The translations under genes and the position numbers were made by a program. A stretch of DNA of 50,459 nt, from NCBI GenBank assembly GCA_031285625.1, contig JAITVV010000051.1:1-50459 (forward strand), written 5' to 3'. The notes beneath the pieces were generated by a model. It did not search any database. It was not told the DNA's origin and saw only the letters and a program-made list of their open reading frames with translations. Of this stretch, positions 31,011 through 40,453 are shown piece after piece. This DNA is from Prevotella sp. Its GTDB lineage: Bacteria; Bacteroidota; Bacteroidia; Bacteroidales; Dysgonomonadaceae. Within the stretch, counting starts at the first letter, position 1. Each line of letters opens with the position of its first letter.

Positions 31011-32240
31011 TTATTCTTCAACAGTGAATCCAACATGCTTTAAATCATTCCAATAACGCGGATATGATTTTGTAACAACATTCGGATGCGCTATATTGAT
31101 ATGACCTAATTTGATTGCTGCCGGAGCGAATGCCATTGCCATACGGTGATCTTCGTAAGTTCTTATTACAGCGTCGGCTTCCGGTTCGCATTTTTCACCA
31201 TTCCATTCCAGAATACTATTTTCACTATCATAAATAAGATAACCTAGCTTTTTCATTTCAGCTTTTAATGCCTCTATTCTGTCTGTTTCTTTTATCTTGA
31301 GGCTTTGCAGGCCTGTAAACATAAACGGAATATTCATCATACAACATGTAACTACAAATGTTTGAGCCAGATCAGGCTCATTTACAAAGTTGTGAAACAT
31401 CTTTTTTGTTACCTTATTGGTCTTTTTCAGTACTACGCTCTCGTCAGTGTATTCAGTTGAAATACCAAGATCTGCAAATAACTCTGCAACTTTGGAATCT
31501 CCCTGCATACTATTCTTAAATAATCCTTTCAACTCGATGTGCGCATCATCAGCCAATGCCGCCATTTCATACCAATAAGAAGCTGCAGACCAGTCTGATT
31601 CAACTACATAGTGAGTCGGTTTATATTCTTCAGGATATATTTTTATGGTTTTGTCATCCCAATGGGTTTTGACTCCAAACTGTGCCATCATACCCAATGT
31701 AAGTTTAATGTATGGGATTGATACTATATTTCCCTCCAGATGAATAGTAAGCCCCTTACTCATCATTGGAGCTATCATCAACAGTGCTGAAATAAATTGC
31801 GAACTGACGTCTCCCGACAGATAGATTTCGCCACCATCGAGGGCAGTTCCTTTTATTTTTAGCGGAGGATAGCCTATATTGCCAAGATATGTAATACGGG
31901 CTCCTAGTGATGTTAATGCCTCTACAAGAATGTTGATAGGACGTTCCTGCATGCGTTCTGTTCCTGTAATTATCCACTCTCCTGGGGTTATTGCAAGTAG
32001 AGCTGTAAGAAAGCGCATTGATGTACCTGCTGCTTTTACATCTATTAGATTATTCCCGATACTGCCTGATTTGAATGCGTCAATCATGACATTGGTATCA
32101 TCACAATCAGATAAATTTTCCAAGGTAGATGTGTTCATGCTCAAGGCATTTAAGATAAGAGCCCTGTTACTGATACTCTTGGATGAAGGCAGGAATATAG
32201 TTGAATTTATGGCTTTGGGAGCCATGATTTTATATTGCAT
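31011..32240 (-). CDS. aroA: 3-phosphoshikimate 1-carboxyvinyltransferase (EPSP synthase)
   Basis: SKSISNR, AGTSMRFL, SSQFISALL, KETDRI and DHRMAM motifs. Confidence 0.96.
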   Translation of the reverse strand: MQYKIMAPKAINSTIFLPSSKSISNRALILNALSMNTSTLENLSDCDDTNVMIDAFKSGSIGNNLIDVKAAGTSMRFLTALLAITPGEWIITGTERMQERPINILVEALTSLGARITYLGNIGYPPLKIKGTALDGGEIYLSGDVSSQFISALLMIAPMMSKGLTIHLEGNIVSIPYIKLTLGMMAQFGVKTHWDDKTIKIYPEEYKPTHYVVESDWSAASYWYEMAALADDAHIELKGLFKNSMQGDSKVAELFADLGISTEYTDESVVLKKTNKVTKKMFHNFVNEPDLAQTFVVTCCMMNIPFMFTGLQSLKIKETDRIEALKAEMKKLGYLIYDSENSILEWNGEKCEPEADAVIRTYEDHRMAMAFAPAAIKLGHINIAHPNVVTKSYPRYWNDLKHVGFTVEE

Positions 32241-32274
32241 GATATTATTTTTTAGCTGGACTAAATTAGATTAA

Positions 32275-32351
32275 AAACTCATAAAAATCAAAGCATTAAA
32301 CATAGATTAAGTATTTTCTACGAATTAAAATATTTCGACTTTTATGAGTTT
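32275..32351 (-). repeat. Long imperfect inverted repeat between ppc and aroA
   Basis: About 23-bp arms: AAACTCATAAAAGTCGAAATATT / AATGCTTTGATTTTTATGAGTTT (minus strand). Confidence 0.65.
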
Positions 32352-32377
32352 CTCAACTTATCGTTTTATTGTTGTTA

Positions 32378-35017
32378 TCATCCTGTATTTCGCATTCCTG
32401 CTGCAATACCTGATATGGTAATCATCAGTGCAAGTTCAAGTTCAGGAGAATGCTCATCGTCCTTCCTTGTGCGGTGTAGCAGTTCTACTTGTAGCAAGTT
32501 TAGAGGATTTGTATAAATATTACGCATAGCAATATTTTCAGCAATTTCAGGTAGTCCTTCCATCAGATACTCATCCTGAGAAATCCTTAAAGTGGATTTA
32601 ATCGCACTTTCCAGCTGAGCTCTTAATTTTTTACCTAAACCCTGGTATTTTTCTTCTACCAGCCTGTCATCGTAGTATTCTGACATACGCGAATCCGCTT
32701 TGGCAAAAACCATCTCAAGCATGCTGATACGTGTTCCAAAGAATGGCCAGTCTTTATACATTGTTTTTAATGTATCTATCTTTCCGTCATCAATAACCTT
32801 TTGCAAAGCTTCACCTGCTCCCAGCCAGGCAGGAAGCATTAGTCTGTTTTGGGTCCACCCAAAAATCCATGGGATAGCACGTAAGCTTTCCACACCGCCG
32901 TTAGGGCGTCGTTTTGCCGGACGTGATCCAAGAGGAAGACGGGCCAGTTCCGCTTCTGGGGTTGCCTGATAGAAATAAGGTATAAAATCGGGATCTTTGC
33001 GTACAATACCTTGATAAACATCACACGATACATCTGACATTTCATCCATTAGATCTCTCCATTCCTGTTTAGGTGCAGGGGGAGGGAGTAAATTGGCTTC
33101 GAGTATCGCATCTGTATATAATGATAGGGTCTTGATTGCTAAGTCTGGTAATCCCAGTTTGAAACGTATCATTTCTCCTTGTTCTGTAACCCTCAGTCCG
33201 TCTTTTAATGAGCCTGGCGGTTGCGAGAAAAGGGCCACTTTTGCTGGACCGCCACCGCGACCAACTGTACCACCACGACCATGGAACAAGGTTAAGGCTA
33301 TTCCTGCATCCTGACATGTTTTGATCAATGCTTCCTGTGCCCTGTACTGTGCCCACCCGGCAGCAATAGAACCAGCATCTTTTGCAGAATCGGAGTAACC
33401 GATCATAATCATTTGTTTATTCTTGATAACTCCTCTGTACCAGCTGATATTGAATAATTGCTGCATAATGCCATTGGAATTGTTCAAGTCATTCAATGTC
33501 TCAAACAAAGGTGTGACCGGTAATGTATACGGGCATTCTGCCTCTTTCAATAACAGATATACAGCCAATATATCGGATGGTGTACGGGTCATTGAAATAA
33601 TGTATGTTGGTATAACTCCTTCCGGTGTTTCTGCTATTACTTTACATGTCTGTAGTACTTCTTTAGTTTGTGGGCTAGGTTCCCAGTTATTTGGTACTAA
33701 TGGCCGCTTAGAGTTTAATTCCCTGATAAGGAAAGCTTGCTTTTCTTCTTCCGACCAGGTTTCATAGTCTCCTAAACCAAGATAACGGGTTATTTCAGAA
33801 ATAGTTTCAGTATGTATTGTACTTTCCTGACGAATATCTATTTGTACTAATGTAAGCCCAAAGCATTTTACTCTGCGTAGTGTATCCAGAAGTTTATCAT
33901 TTGCAATAATTTCCATTTTACATGCTACAAGAGATTTATAACACTCATGCAGAGGTTCCCATATCTGTTCGTTGTGGATTAGTATATCATCAGTTAATTC
34001 TACATTTTTACCAGCAATACGGGCATCGAGGTAAGCAATTGTATTTCTTAACTGTGTACGCAATCTTTTCATTAGTTCCCTATATGGTTCCTGTATTTCA
34101 TAATCTTTGATATAATCTCTGAATTCACTGGTACAGGTTGCCATAGATAGTTCTTTTACAAGTATTTCTATGTCGGCAAGGAATAATGTGGCCGCTCTTT
34201 TGCGGCTATCCAATAATACCGCATGGGTCACTTTTGCAGTAACGTTCGGATTTCCATCCCTGTCACCACCCATCCATGATGAAAAATGGATGGGACGTGC
34301 GTCGATTGGAATACGATAAGCAATCGTATTTCTTATTTGTTCATCCAATTCTCTTAGATATGCCGGAACTGCAGCCCAAAGACTGTTTTCAACGGCATCA
34401 TAGCCCCATTTTGCCTCTTCATTTGGGGTCGGACGGTTTTGACGTATCTCATCAGTATACCAATATTGAGCGATTAATTGTTTAAGTCGCTGTAATATCT
34501 GAATTTTCTGATGTTCAGCAAGGTCATCATGATCTAATAGTTCTAAACAGTGATCTACCTGATTTAGATTATTGATAAGTGATCTTCTGTTAATTTCGGT
34601 AGGGTGTGCGGTCAATACCAAATCGATAGAAATATTTTCTATTGCTTTGATAATTTCACTATCGCTGAAATTGGCATTTTTCAGTTTCTTGTATATTGCC
34701 GGAAAATTTATAGGATTTTCGGCACCCTGTGCATGAGGCGATATACTGTTATATTGTTCTGCTGTATTTGTCAGATTCAGGAATTGATTGAAGGAACGTG
34801 CCACAGGTAAGAATTCTTCATCTTTTAGATTTTGTAGTGTTTTTACCAGTGATTTATGTGCTTCAATATCTCCTGAGTGAGATGCTTTAGACAATCTACG
34901 AATTGTTTCTATGAGGTCAACCATATCTTGTCCTTTGGCTTCGCTGATCGTTTTTCCGAGCATATCACCAAGCAACTTAATATTGCTGTGCATCAAAGAT
35001 TGTTGCATTTTATTCAT
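32378..35017 (-). CDS. ppc: Phosphoenolpyruvate carboxylase
   Basis: [41 protein letters not shown] and LRAIPW motifs; ends GMRNTG. Confidence 0.97.
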   Translation of the reverse strand: MNKMQQSLMHSNIKLLGDMLGKTISEAKGQDMVDLIETIRRLSKASHSGDIEAHKSLVKTLQNLKDEEFLPVARSFNQFLNLTNTAEQYNSISPHAQGAENPINFPAIYKKLKNANFSDSEIIKAIENISIDLVLTAHPTEINRRSLINNLNQVDHCLELLDHDDLAEHQKIQILQRLKQLIAQYWYTDEIRQNRPTPNEEAKWGYDAVENSLWAAVPAYLRELDEQIRNTIAYRIPIDARPIHFSSWMGGDRDGNPNVTAKVTHAVLLDSRKRAATLFLADIEILVKELSMATCTSEFRDYIKDYEIQEPYRELMKRLRTQLRNTIAYLDARIAGKNVELTDDILIHNEQIWEPLHECYKSLVACKMEIIANDKLLDTLRRVKCFGLTLVQIDIRQESTIHTETISEITRYLGLGDYETWSEEEKQAFLIRELNSKRPLVPNNWEPSPQTKEVLQTCKVIAETPEGVIPTYIISMTRTPSDILAVYLLLKEAECPYTLPVTPLFETLNDLNNSNGIMQQLFNISWYRGVIKNKQMIMIGYSDSAKDAGSIAAGWAQYRAQEALIKTCQDAGIALTLFHGRGGTVGRGGGPAKVALFSQPPGSLKDGLRVTEQGEMIRFKLGLPDLAIKTLSLYTDAILEANLLPPPAPKQEWRDLMDEMSDVSCDVYQGIVRKDPDFIPYFYQATPEAELARLPLGSRPAKRRPNGGVESLRAIPWIFGWTQNRLMLPAWLGAGEALQKVIDDGKIDTLKTMYKDWPFFGTRISMLEMVFAKADSRMSEYYDDRLVEEKYQGLGKKLRAQLESAIKSTLRISQDEYLMEGLPEIAENIAMRNIYTNPLNLLQVELLHRTRKDDEHSPELELALMITISGIAAGMRNTG

Positions 35018-35123
35018 AGGTTATTTATAATTATTAGTTATATCATTTTAGTGTATTATATTCAACACTGAAAACAGGTAAAAGTTTTATTGATTTAACG
35101 ATATTTAGATATGTTAATCAGAG

Positions 35124-35150
35124 AAAGAGATGAGCCATACAACTCATCTC
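35124..35150 (-). terminator. Hairpin/weak terminator after the PEPCK-like gene
   Basis: GAGATGAG/CTCATCTC 8-bp stem with a short T tail on the minus strand. Confidence 0.5.
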
Positions 35151-35166
35151 CCTTGTTCTTATGTTT

Positions 35167-36897
35167 TTATTCGTTTATCATTGTAAACAATTCTTCGGCA
35201 GCCAAACGAGGTCCATCTTTAGAGTGCCCTTCTATTGCAAGAGATGTATAGATTTCGCCAATTTTTACACCATTCTGATTCATGTCTTTAAAATATTCAT
35301 GAATTAGTTTTCCTGCTAACTCAGGTTCTTGTACTGGTCCGAATGGATTTGCGAAGTAGGAGGTAACCAGACCGGTTTCGGTTGTTGTTCCTTTAGCTTT
35401 GCGTGCTCCTGCCTCAAAAACTTTAATTGCTTCATCAAGATTATCGAAGAATTTAATTTTCTGGTCAGCTTCTGTATAATTATTAGCATACAAGAAATAA
35501 TCCACTTTGTAGCCTTTTGAAATCACATCATAAGTGGCAGCAGGAATTGTAATGCGTGCATTTACTTTGTCAGGATTGGTATATATACCTCTTTCCAGCT
35601 GTTCGAAAGCATACATCGGATCAAGGTCATCAATACGGACAAATGCACCTATTTCTGTACCATATCCTTTGATCGTGCCATTCTCTTCTTTCTTAAGATA
35701 TCCCATATCGTCGAAAATAATACGCATATGACGGATATATTTTTCATTCAGAGAGCGGAAGGCTTCAAGGCTTTCAGACTTACCGGCACCACTGTCTCCC
35801 ATGATAATAATGTTGGCTTCTGTTCCATTTTTTAACAATATATTTACCATAGCTCCATGGATGGGAAGACGGTTTTTTTCCATTTGCTTTACATTATGTA
35901 GTGTAAGCAACATCTTCTTCATGTAACCAAAATAGTCTATATCATCACAATGATTTGCATATCCGATAAGTATATCATTCTTCTTGTCTTTATAATAGAA
36001 GGTACGTTTTTCTTCGTATCCGTCAGGGTATCCGAAAACATAGATAATATCAGGTTTCTTTCCTATATATTCGTTCTCTTTAGCCAGTTCAAATAAGTTT
36101 GACAGAGCGAATCCATGAACCATATAGTCTTTATGAAAATAAACAAATGTGAGCATATTGCCTACTTTTGCCGGATACAGGAACCAGTCATCCTCATTCA
36201 GGGCTAAATTCTCAATTGGATTTGAGTTGTGTTCATGGAAAATACCGTCACGTGTATTACGCTTAGTATAAGATATAAACGGAGGTCTGAACATCACAGA
36301 TGTGATGAATGGTATAGTGGTCAGTCCATTATATTCTACAGGACAATTCCATGTAATATCACTGAGTGTTAAGCCGGCATTTGCTCCGGCAGTAAGTTGA
36401 CGATAAACACGGTATTGGTATCCAATCACTGTTTCCTCTATACGTCGGTATATAGAAAGGACAAGTTCATTGAATAATTCGTTGGCTTGCATAAAGCGTA
36501 CACTTTGCAATCCACTACCTACTGAGCTATTATGAACGATTGTATAGCGTTCCAGTCTGCGCCAGAAGCTATATAACAGTTCTATTAATTCAATAAACAA
36601 GTCTTTGTCGTTGAAAAATATAGCATACTTGTTATGTACATTCTGTACTTCGTCCGGATTACAAACTGTAAGAAGTCTGAAAGCTTCTATTAGTGTTTTT
36701 TGAAATTCTTCGTCAGTTTTGAATTCTTTGATATAATAATCATAGATGATTATTTCTTCTTTTTTAAGTTTTTGGATAAAGGCTTCAATAACCCTGTTAA
36801 ATCCATAACTGTTTAATATTTTCTGTCGCGTGTCGCAAAATTTTAGTGTGAAGTTAATTATCGCTTTACCTTCGCCTAAAGTAAATTCTTGTAGCAT
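35167..36897 (-). CDS. Divergent phosphoenolpyruvate carboxykinase-like P-loop protein
   Basis: YFGYMKK, PIHGAM, GDSGAGKSE, IFDD, GTEIGAFVR and NAR motifs, in the same order as in ATP-PEPCK. Confidence 0.72.
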   Translation of the reverse strand: MLQEFTLGEGKAIINFTLKFCDTRQKILNSYGFNRVIEAFIQKLKKEEIIIYDYYIKEFKTDEEFQKTLIEAFRLLTVCNPDEVQNVHNKYAIFFNDKDLFIELIELLYSFWRRLERYTIVHNSSVGSGLQSVRFMQANELFNELVLSIYRRIEETVIGYQYRVYRQLTAGANAGLTLSDITWNCPVEYNGLTTIPFITSVMFRPPFISYTKRNTRDGIFHEHNSNPIENLALNEDDWFLYPAKVGNMLTFVYFHKDYMVHGFALSNLFELAKENEYIGKKPDIIYVFGYPDGYEEKRTFYYKDKKNDILIGYANHCDDIDYFGYMKKMLLTLHNVKQMEKNRLPIHGAMVNILLKNGTEANIIIMGDSGAGKSESLEAFRSLNEKYIRHMRIIFDDMGYLKKEENGTIKGYGTEIGAFVRIDDLDPMYAFEQLERGIYTNPDKVNARITIPAATYDVISKGYKVDYFLYANNYTEADQKIKFFDNLDEAIKVFEAGARKAKGTTTETGLVTSYFANPFGPVQEPELAGKLIHEYFKDMNQNGVKIGEIYTSLAIEGHSKDGPRLAAEELFTMINE

Positions 36898-37159
36898 GTT
36901 CGATCTTGTTTATATTTGTTATTTTCTTTTTTTAGCTTCCTTTTAAATATCAGTTTACAATCTCCTGTTTTCCTTTTAGTTAGACAGGAGAATGTAGACT
37001 GAACTTACAATCCCTGATTTTTGGGACTGAAGATGTTTTCTAGCATCAAATTTAAGGAAACTTACCTATACATTTAAACGAATTAAAGACTAATTTTATA
37101 ATAAATTGTAAATTAAAAATAAGTTTTTACTATTTTGTTGTTTTGGAGCAGCTTATATA

Positions 37160-37378
37160 CTATCCATTTTTATTTTTTATAAACTTTGGATTAACATCAA
37201 ATGCATAAAAATAAGTATTGGTCTCATTTAAGCATTTGGGGCATAAGCAATCATTATAATTATCTTTAATGTAATCACGTACACCGGAAGCTAAAGAAAC
37301 TTTACGGCAACTGCAAAATTCAATCCTGTCTTCCCTGCAATTGAAAGATGCTTCACATCTTTGACATATCTTTTTCAT
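37160..37378 (-). CDS. Cysteine-rich CWC-like small protein
   Basis: KKICQRC...FNC......CSC......CLCPKCL pattern. Confidence 0.8.
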   Translation of the reverse strand: MKKICQRCEASFNCREDRIEFCSCRKVSLASGVRDYIKDNYNDCLCPKCLNETNTYFYAFDVNPKFIKNKNG

Positions 37379-37563
37379 TGTTTTTGGTTTTTATTTATTA
37401 ATATTTATTATTGTATTTATATAAATCGATATGCCATATGTTCGCTACAAATGGCAATATGATTGATACATACTACAATCATCTCAGTTCAGTTCTAGTA
37501 ATCAGAGAAATTCTCTTATGTGCTTTCAAAACCTTTTTCGCGAAGGTCGAAATTTATTGTTTT

Positions 37564-37757
37564 TGGCAGGTCTTCTGACTTACTCCGTTTGTACTACCTT
37601 CCCATTTCCAGTTGCCGGTAAACGACTCACTGCTAATAGTGGTTTAGAGGATTTGTACAAACACTTCTGTAGAGCTTACAGCAGCGCGACTGTTCAGGAT
37701 TTACACCTGATTCCCTTTTCATTACTCTTCCGAAGAATACGGATTTGTAACACCAAC
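37564..37757 (-). promoter_or_regulatory. Cobalamin (B12) riboswitch
   Basis: Minus strand: GGT...AAAAGGGAATCAGGTGTAAATCCTGAACAGTCGCGCTGCTGTAA...CCACT...GGGAAGG...AAGTCAGAAGACCTGCCA; TATCTTTG promoter box immediately upstream. Confidence 0.95.
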
Positions 37758-37846
37758 ATGTGAAACAAAGATATGGAATTATATATAACAACAATTTTTT
37801 TGAAGAGAAAGTTTTTAACAACAATAAAAAGGCTTACAAATGAGAT

Positions 37847-37962
37847 AAATAAAAGAGGTTACCCATATCACATGGATAACCTCAAAGAATAAAAAGGTAT
37901 TGAGAGTGTTCTCATCTGGTCATATCAGGACCAGCCAACAGTAATTATACTTACTCTTGTTA
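37847..37962 (-). ncRNA. Candidate sigma54-dependent small RNA
   Basis: Bounded by a GG-N10-GC promoter and an intrinsic terminator (37855-37883); contains two small hairpins and no substantial ORF. Confidence 0.55.
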
Positions 37963-37973
37963 TATTGTATAAG

Positions 37974-37988
37974 GCAATATATATGCCA
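37974..37988 (-). promoter_or_regulatory. Sigma54 (RpoN) -24/-12 promoter
   Basis: TGGCATATATATTGC on the minus strand; exact GG-N10-GC spacing. Confidence 0.65.
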
Positions 37989-38142
37989 TTATGTATTGTT
38001 TTTGTATAACTATATGGCTGAAATATAATATATTAACAGATTTATTGATTCGTAAATATTATATATTATCTTTTTGCTGTATTTTATTTCTTTTAACTGA
38101 CAGAATGTCTTGCATTCTTTATTATTGTTAATGTATTGGAAT

Positions 38143-38171
38143 AAAAAAGGTTACCTTTATTAGATAACCTT
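38143..38171 (-). terminator. Terminator of the rplY-pth-hslR unit
   Basis: AAGGTTATCT-AATAA-AGGTAACCTT followed by TTTT. Confidence 0.75.
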
Positions 38172-38191
38172 ACTTATATAAAATAGTTGAA

Positions 38192-38617
38192 TCAATTTTC
38201 ATCATCAAAATCCCAATCATCAAAGAATGAATAATCATCCGCAAACTGATCTAATTCGCGGCGATCTTTCTTAGTTGGGCGTCCGGTTCCTCTTGCTCTG
38301 TCTACAAATCCACTCATTTTAGACAGTTCCAGTATCTCTAACTGCGAAGGAGGAGTTACATCTTTCATGAAATCGGGAACTAGTTTTGCACCCATTCTAT
38401 TCTCGGAAAGGTTTAATACTTCAAAAGAATAGGTTACAGGAGGGCGGCGAACTTCTATTATGTCACCGATTTTTATCATACGTGAAGGCTTTATAGTTAT
38501 GCCTTTTATTGTGATACGTCCTTTTTTACATGCTTCTATTGCTATAGAGCGTGTTTTAAAAAGGCGTACCGCCCACAGCCACTTATCTATACGTACTTCT
38601 TTTTTAGGTTCTTTCAT
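38192..38617 (-). CDS. hslR: Ribosome-associated heat shock protein Hsp15 (S4 domain)
   Basis: RIDKWLWAVRLFKTRS and GRPTKKDRR motifs; likely start ATG 38617. Confidence 0.92.
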   Translation of the reverse strand: MKEPKKEVRIDKWLWAVRLFKTRSIAIEACKKGRITIKGITIKPSRMIKIGDIIEVRRPPVTYSFEVLNLSENRMGAKLVPDFMKDVTPPSQLEILELSKMSGFVDRARGTGRPTKKDRRELDQFADDYSFFDDWDFDDEN

Positions 38618-38622
38618 TTCGG

Positions 38623-39123
38623 TTAATTTGTTTCCCACCAGAATATTTGGTTTACAGAATCATGTTTGGTTGATTTTTTTAAAATAATCTCAAAATGGAC
38701 TTTATTATCTTTTTCCTCAAAATTATCCGGGTCGAACATTTGTCTTACCGTTACATTATAAGATCCATTTTCTAGATTTATCTTTTGGATATCTGGACAC
38801 TGTCCTTTTACAGATTCATTTTCTAATTGTGCTATCGTTGTCAGGCTTGTATAGTCAATAAAGTATAGCTCTTCGGATGTAACTTCTATTGTCTTCTCAA
38901 ATGTTCTGAAAGCTTTATTATGGCTTGCAGTATCCCTAATTTCTATATTCCAATTATTTCCGTATTCTGATGCTTTCCATATAATCAGGTTTTGCTCATT
39001 CATTTGCTGAACAAATAGTTCTGTCAATTCATTTAGCTCCCAGTCTTCACCAATGAAACCATTATATTTTTCTGCATTTACAATAGCTATAATGCCATCT
39101 TCGTCAAATAATTGGTATTTCAT
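38623..39123 (-). CDS. Hypothetical acidic protein
   Basis: 166-aa ORF tightly packed between pth and hslR. Confidence 0.75.
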   Translation of the reverse strand: MKYQLFDEDGIIAIVNAEKYNGFIGEDWELNELTELFVQQMNEQNLIIWKASEYGNNWNIEIRDTASHNKAFRTFEKTIEVTSEELYFIDYTSLTTIAQLENESVKGQCPDIQKINLENGSYNVTVRQMFDPDNFEEKDNKVHFEIILKKSTKHDSVNQIFWWETN

Positions 39124-39125
39124 AT

Positions 39126-39689
39126 TTACTTATTGTTATACTGATTCATTGTATTTTGTATACCTGCTAGACAAAAGCTTTTAATTATTTCACCACAGGT
39201 TTCCAGCTTAGCTGGAAGCTCCTTTTCTTCTTCATCTGTGAAATCATCGAGTACATAACCTACTTGCCCTCCTTTTGAAAAATCATTACCAATTCCAAAG
39301 CGTAGACGTGCATACTCCTGCGTATTCAGAATGGATTGGATATGTCCCAATCCGTTATGTCCGGCATTACTACCTTTACCTTTGAGTCGCAATGTACCAA
39401 AAGGAAGAGCCAGATCATCGACAACAACCAACAGATTCTCAATTGGTATTTTCTCCTGATTCATCCAATAACGCACAGCATTTCCACTGAGATTCATAAA
39501 TGTAGACGGTTTAAGAAGGATTATAGTTCGTCCTTTCACCTTTATTTCAGTTACGAATCCATAACGTCTGTCGGCAAAAATAACATTGGACGCTTTAGCT
39601 AAAGCGTCCAATACTCTGAATCCTATATTGTGGCGGGTATATTCGTATTCTCTACCAATATTACCGAGACCGGCAATCAAGTATTTCAT
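39126..39689 (-). CDS. pth: Peptidyl-tRNA hydrolase
   Basis: GLGN, TRHNIGF, FMNLSG, GHNGL and RLRFGIG motifs. Confidence 0.97.
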   Translation of the reverse strand: MKYLIAGLGNIGREYEYTRHNIGFRVLDALAKASNVIFADRRYGFVTEIKVKGRTIILLKPSTFMNLSGNAVRYWMNQEKIPIENLLVVVDDLALPFGTLRLKGKGSNAGHNGLGHIQSILNTQEYARLRFGIGNDFSKGGQVGYVLDDFTDEEEKELPAKLETCGEIIKSFCLAGIQNTMNQYNNK

Positions 39690-39711
39690 TTATTCCTGAT
39701 ATTATGTCCGA

Positions 39712-40290
39712 TTAGCCGTTTTTAGCAGCCAGACCTCTTGCTGCACGAGTCAATTGAACGCGGCAAACAACAGCATTTTTAGCATTTAATAATTCAAGAC
39801 CTTCAAAGTGTAGTTCTCCAACCTGAATAGATTTACCAAGAGTAAGAGCTGTAACATCAATATGTACTTTTTCAGGAACTTTGTCGTATAGCGCTTTTAC
39901 TTTTATCTTACGCAAGTCAAGAGATAGTTTACCCCCGGCTTTTACCCCTTCTGCAAGTCCGTCAAGAACAACAGGTACATCAATAACGATCGGAGTCTTT
40001 TCGAATACATGAAGGAAGTCAAGGTGCAGAATTTCATCCGAAACTGGATGTACCTGTACATCTTTCAATATTGCTTTGTAGTTATCTTTACCTATAGTAA
40101 GGTCTACAAGGAAGATTTCCGGAGTGTAGATTAATTTACGAACATCGCTATTTGTTACAGTAAAGTGGATGGCTTGTTTGTCATCACCACCATAAATAAC
40201 AGCAGGGATTTTATCTTCTTTACGGAAAGCTTTTGTTGCTTTTTTGCCAAGGTCGTTTCTTAATTCGCCTTTTAGTTCAAATGTTTTCAT
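39712..40290 (-). CDS. rplY: 50S ribosomal protein bL25 / Ctc
   Basis: IPAVIYG, QVHPV..HLDF and GVKAGG motifs. Confidence 0.96.
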   Translation of the reverse strand: MKTFELKGELRNDLGKKATKAFRKEDKIPAVIYGGDDKQAIHFTVTNSDVRKLIYTPEIFLVDLTIGKDNYKAILKDVQVHPVSDEILHLDFLHVFEKTPIVIDVPVVLDGLAEGVKAGGKLSLDLRKIKVKALYDKVPEKVHIDVTALTLGKSIQVGELHFEGLELLNAKNAVVCRVQLTRAARGLAAKNG

Positions 40291-40306
40291 TTTCTAATTT
40301 TAAAAT

Positions 40307-40349
40307 GTGTTACTCAAATTAAGGATTTGCTTCCTTATTCCCATCACAC
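40307..40349 (-). promoter_or_regulatory. Candidate L25 autoregulatory leader (5S loop E mimic)
   Basis: GUGU-GAUGG-GAAU-AAGGA-loop-UCCUU-A-AUUU-GAGUA-ACAC hairpin; TATCTTTG promoter box at 40372-40379. Confidence 0.6.
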
Positions 40350-40453
40350 GTACGGGCTTATAAAAGCGGTGCAAAGATAAAGTTTTAGTTTGTATCTTCC
40401 TAATATTTGAAGAATTAAAAGAAATAAATGCTTTCAATTTTGTATCAGCAATC

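Noticed and set aside
31756-35071. Antisense and alternate-frame ORFs within aroA and ppc (likewise those within leu genes, clc, topA, tsf, rpsB and rplM)
   Set aside because: They are shadows of conserved genes with no recognisable motifs.
37452-37467. Plus-strand TGGCAATATGATTGAT as a second sigma54 promoter
   Set aside because: The -12 element is GA rather than GC; better explained as one arm of a TGCCAT/ATGGCA hairpin in the riboswitch leader.
37518-37824. ORFs 37518..37763 (+) and 37633..37824 (-)
   Set aside because: They overlap the cobalamin riboswitch, which explains the sequence.
37855-38171. Shared GGTTATC/GGTAACC stems of two neighbouring terminators, read as a repeat element
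   Set aside because: The similarity is limited to about 8 bp per arm and both are adequately explained as terminators.
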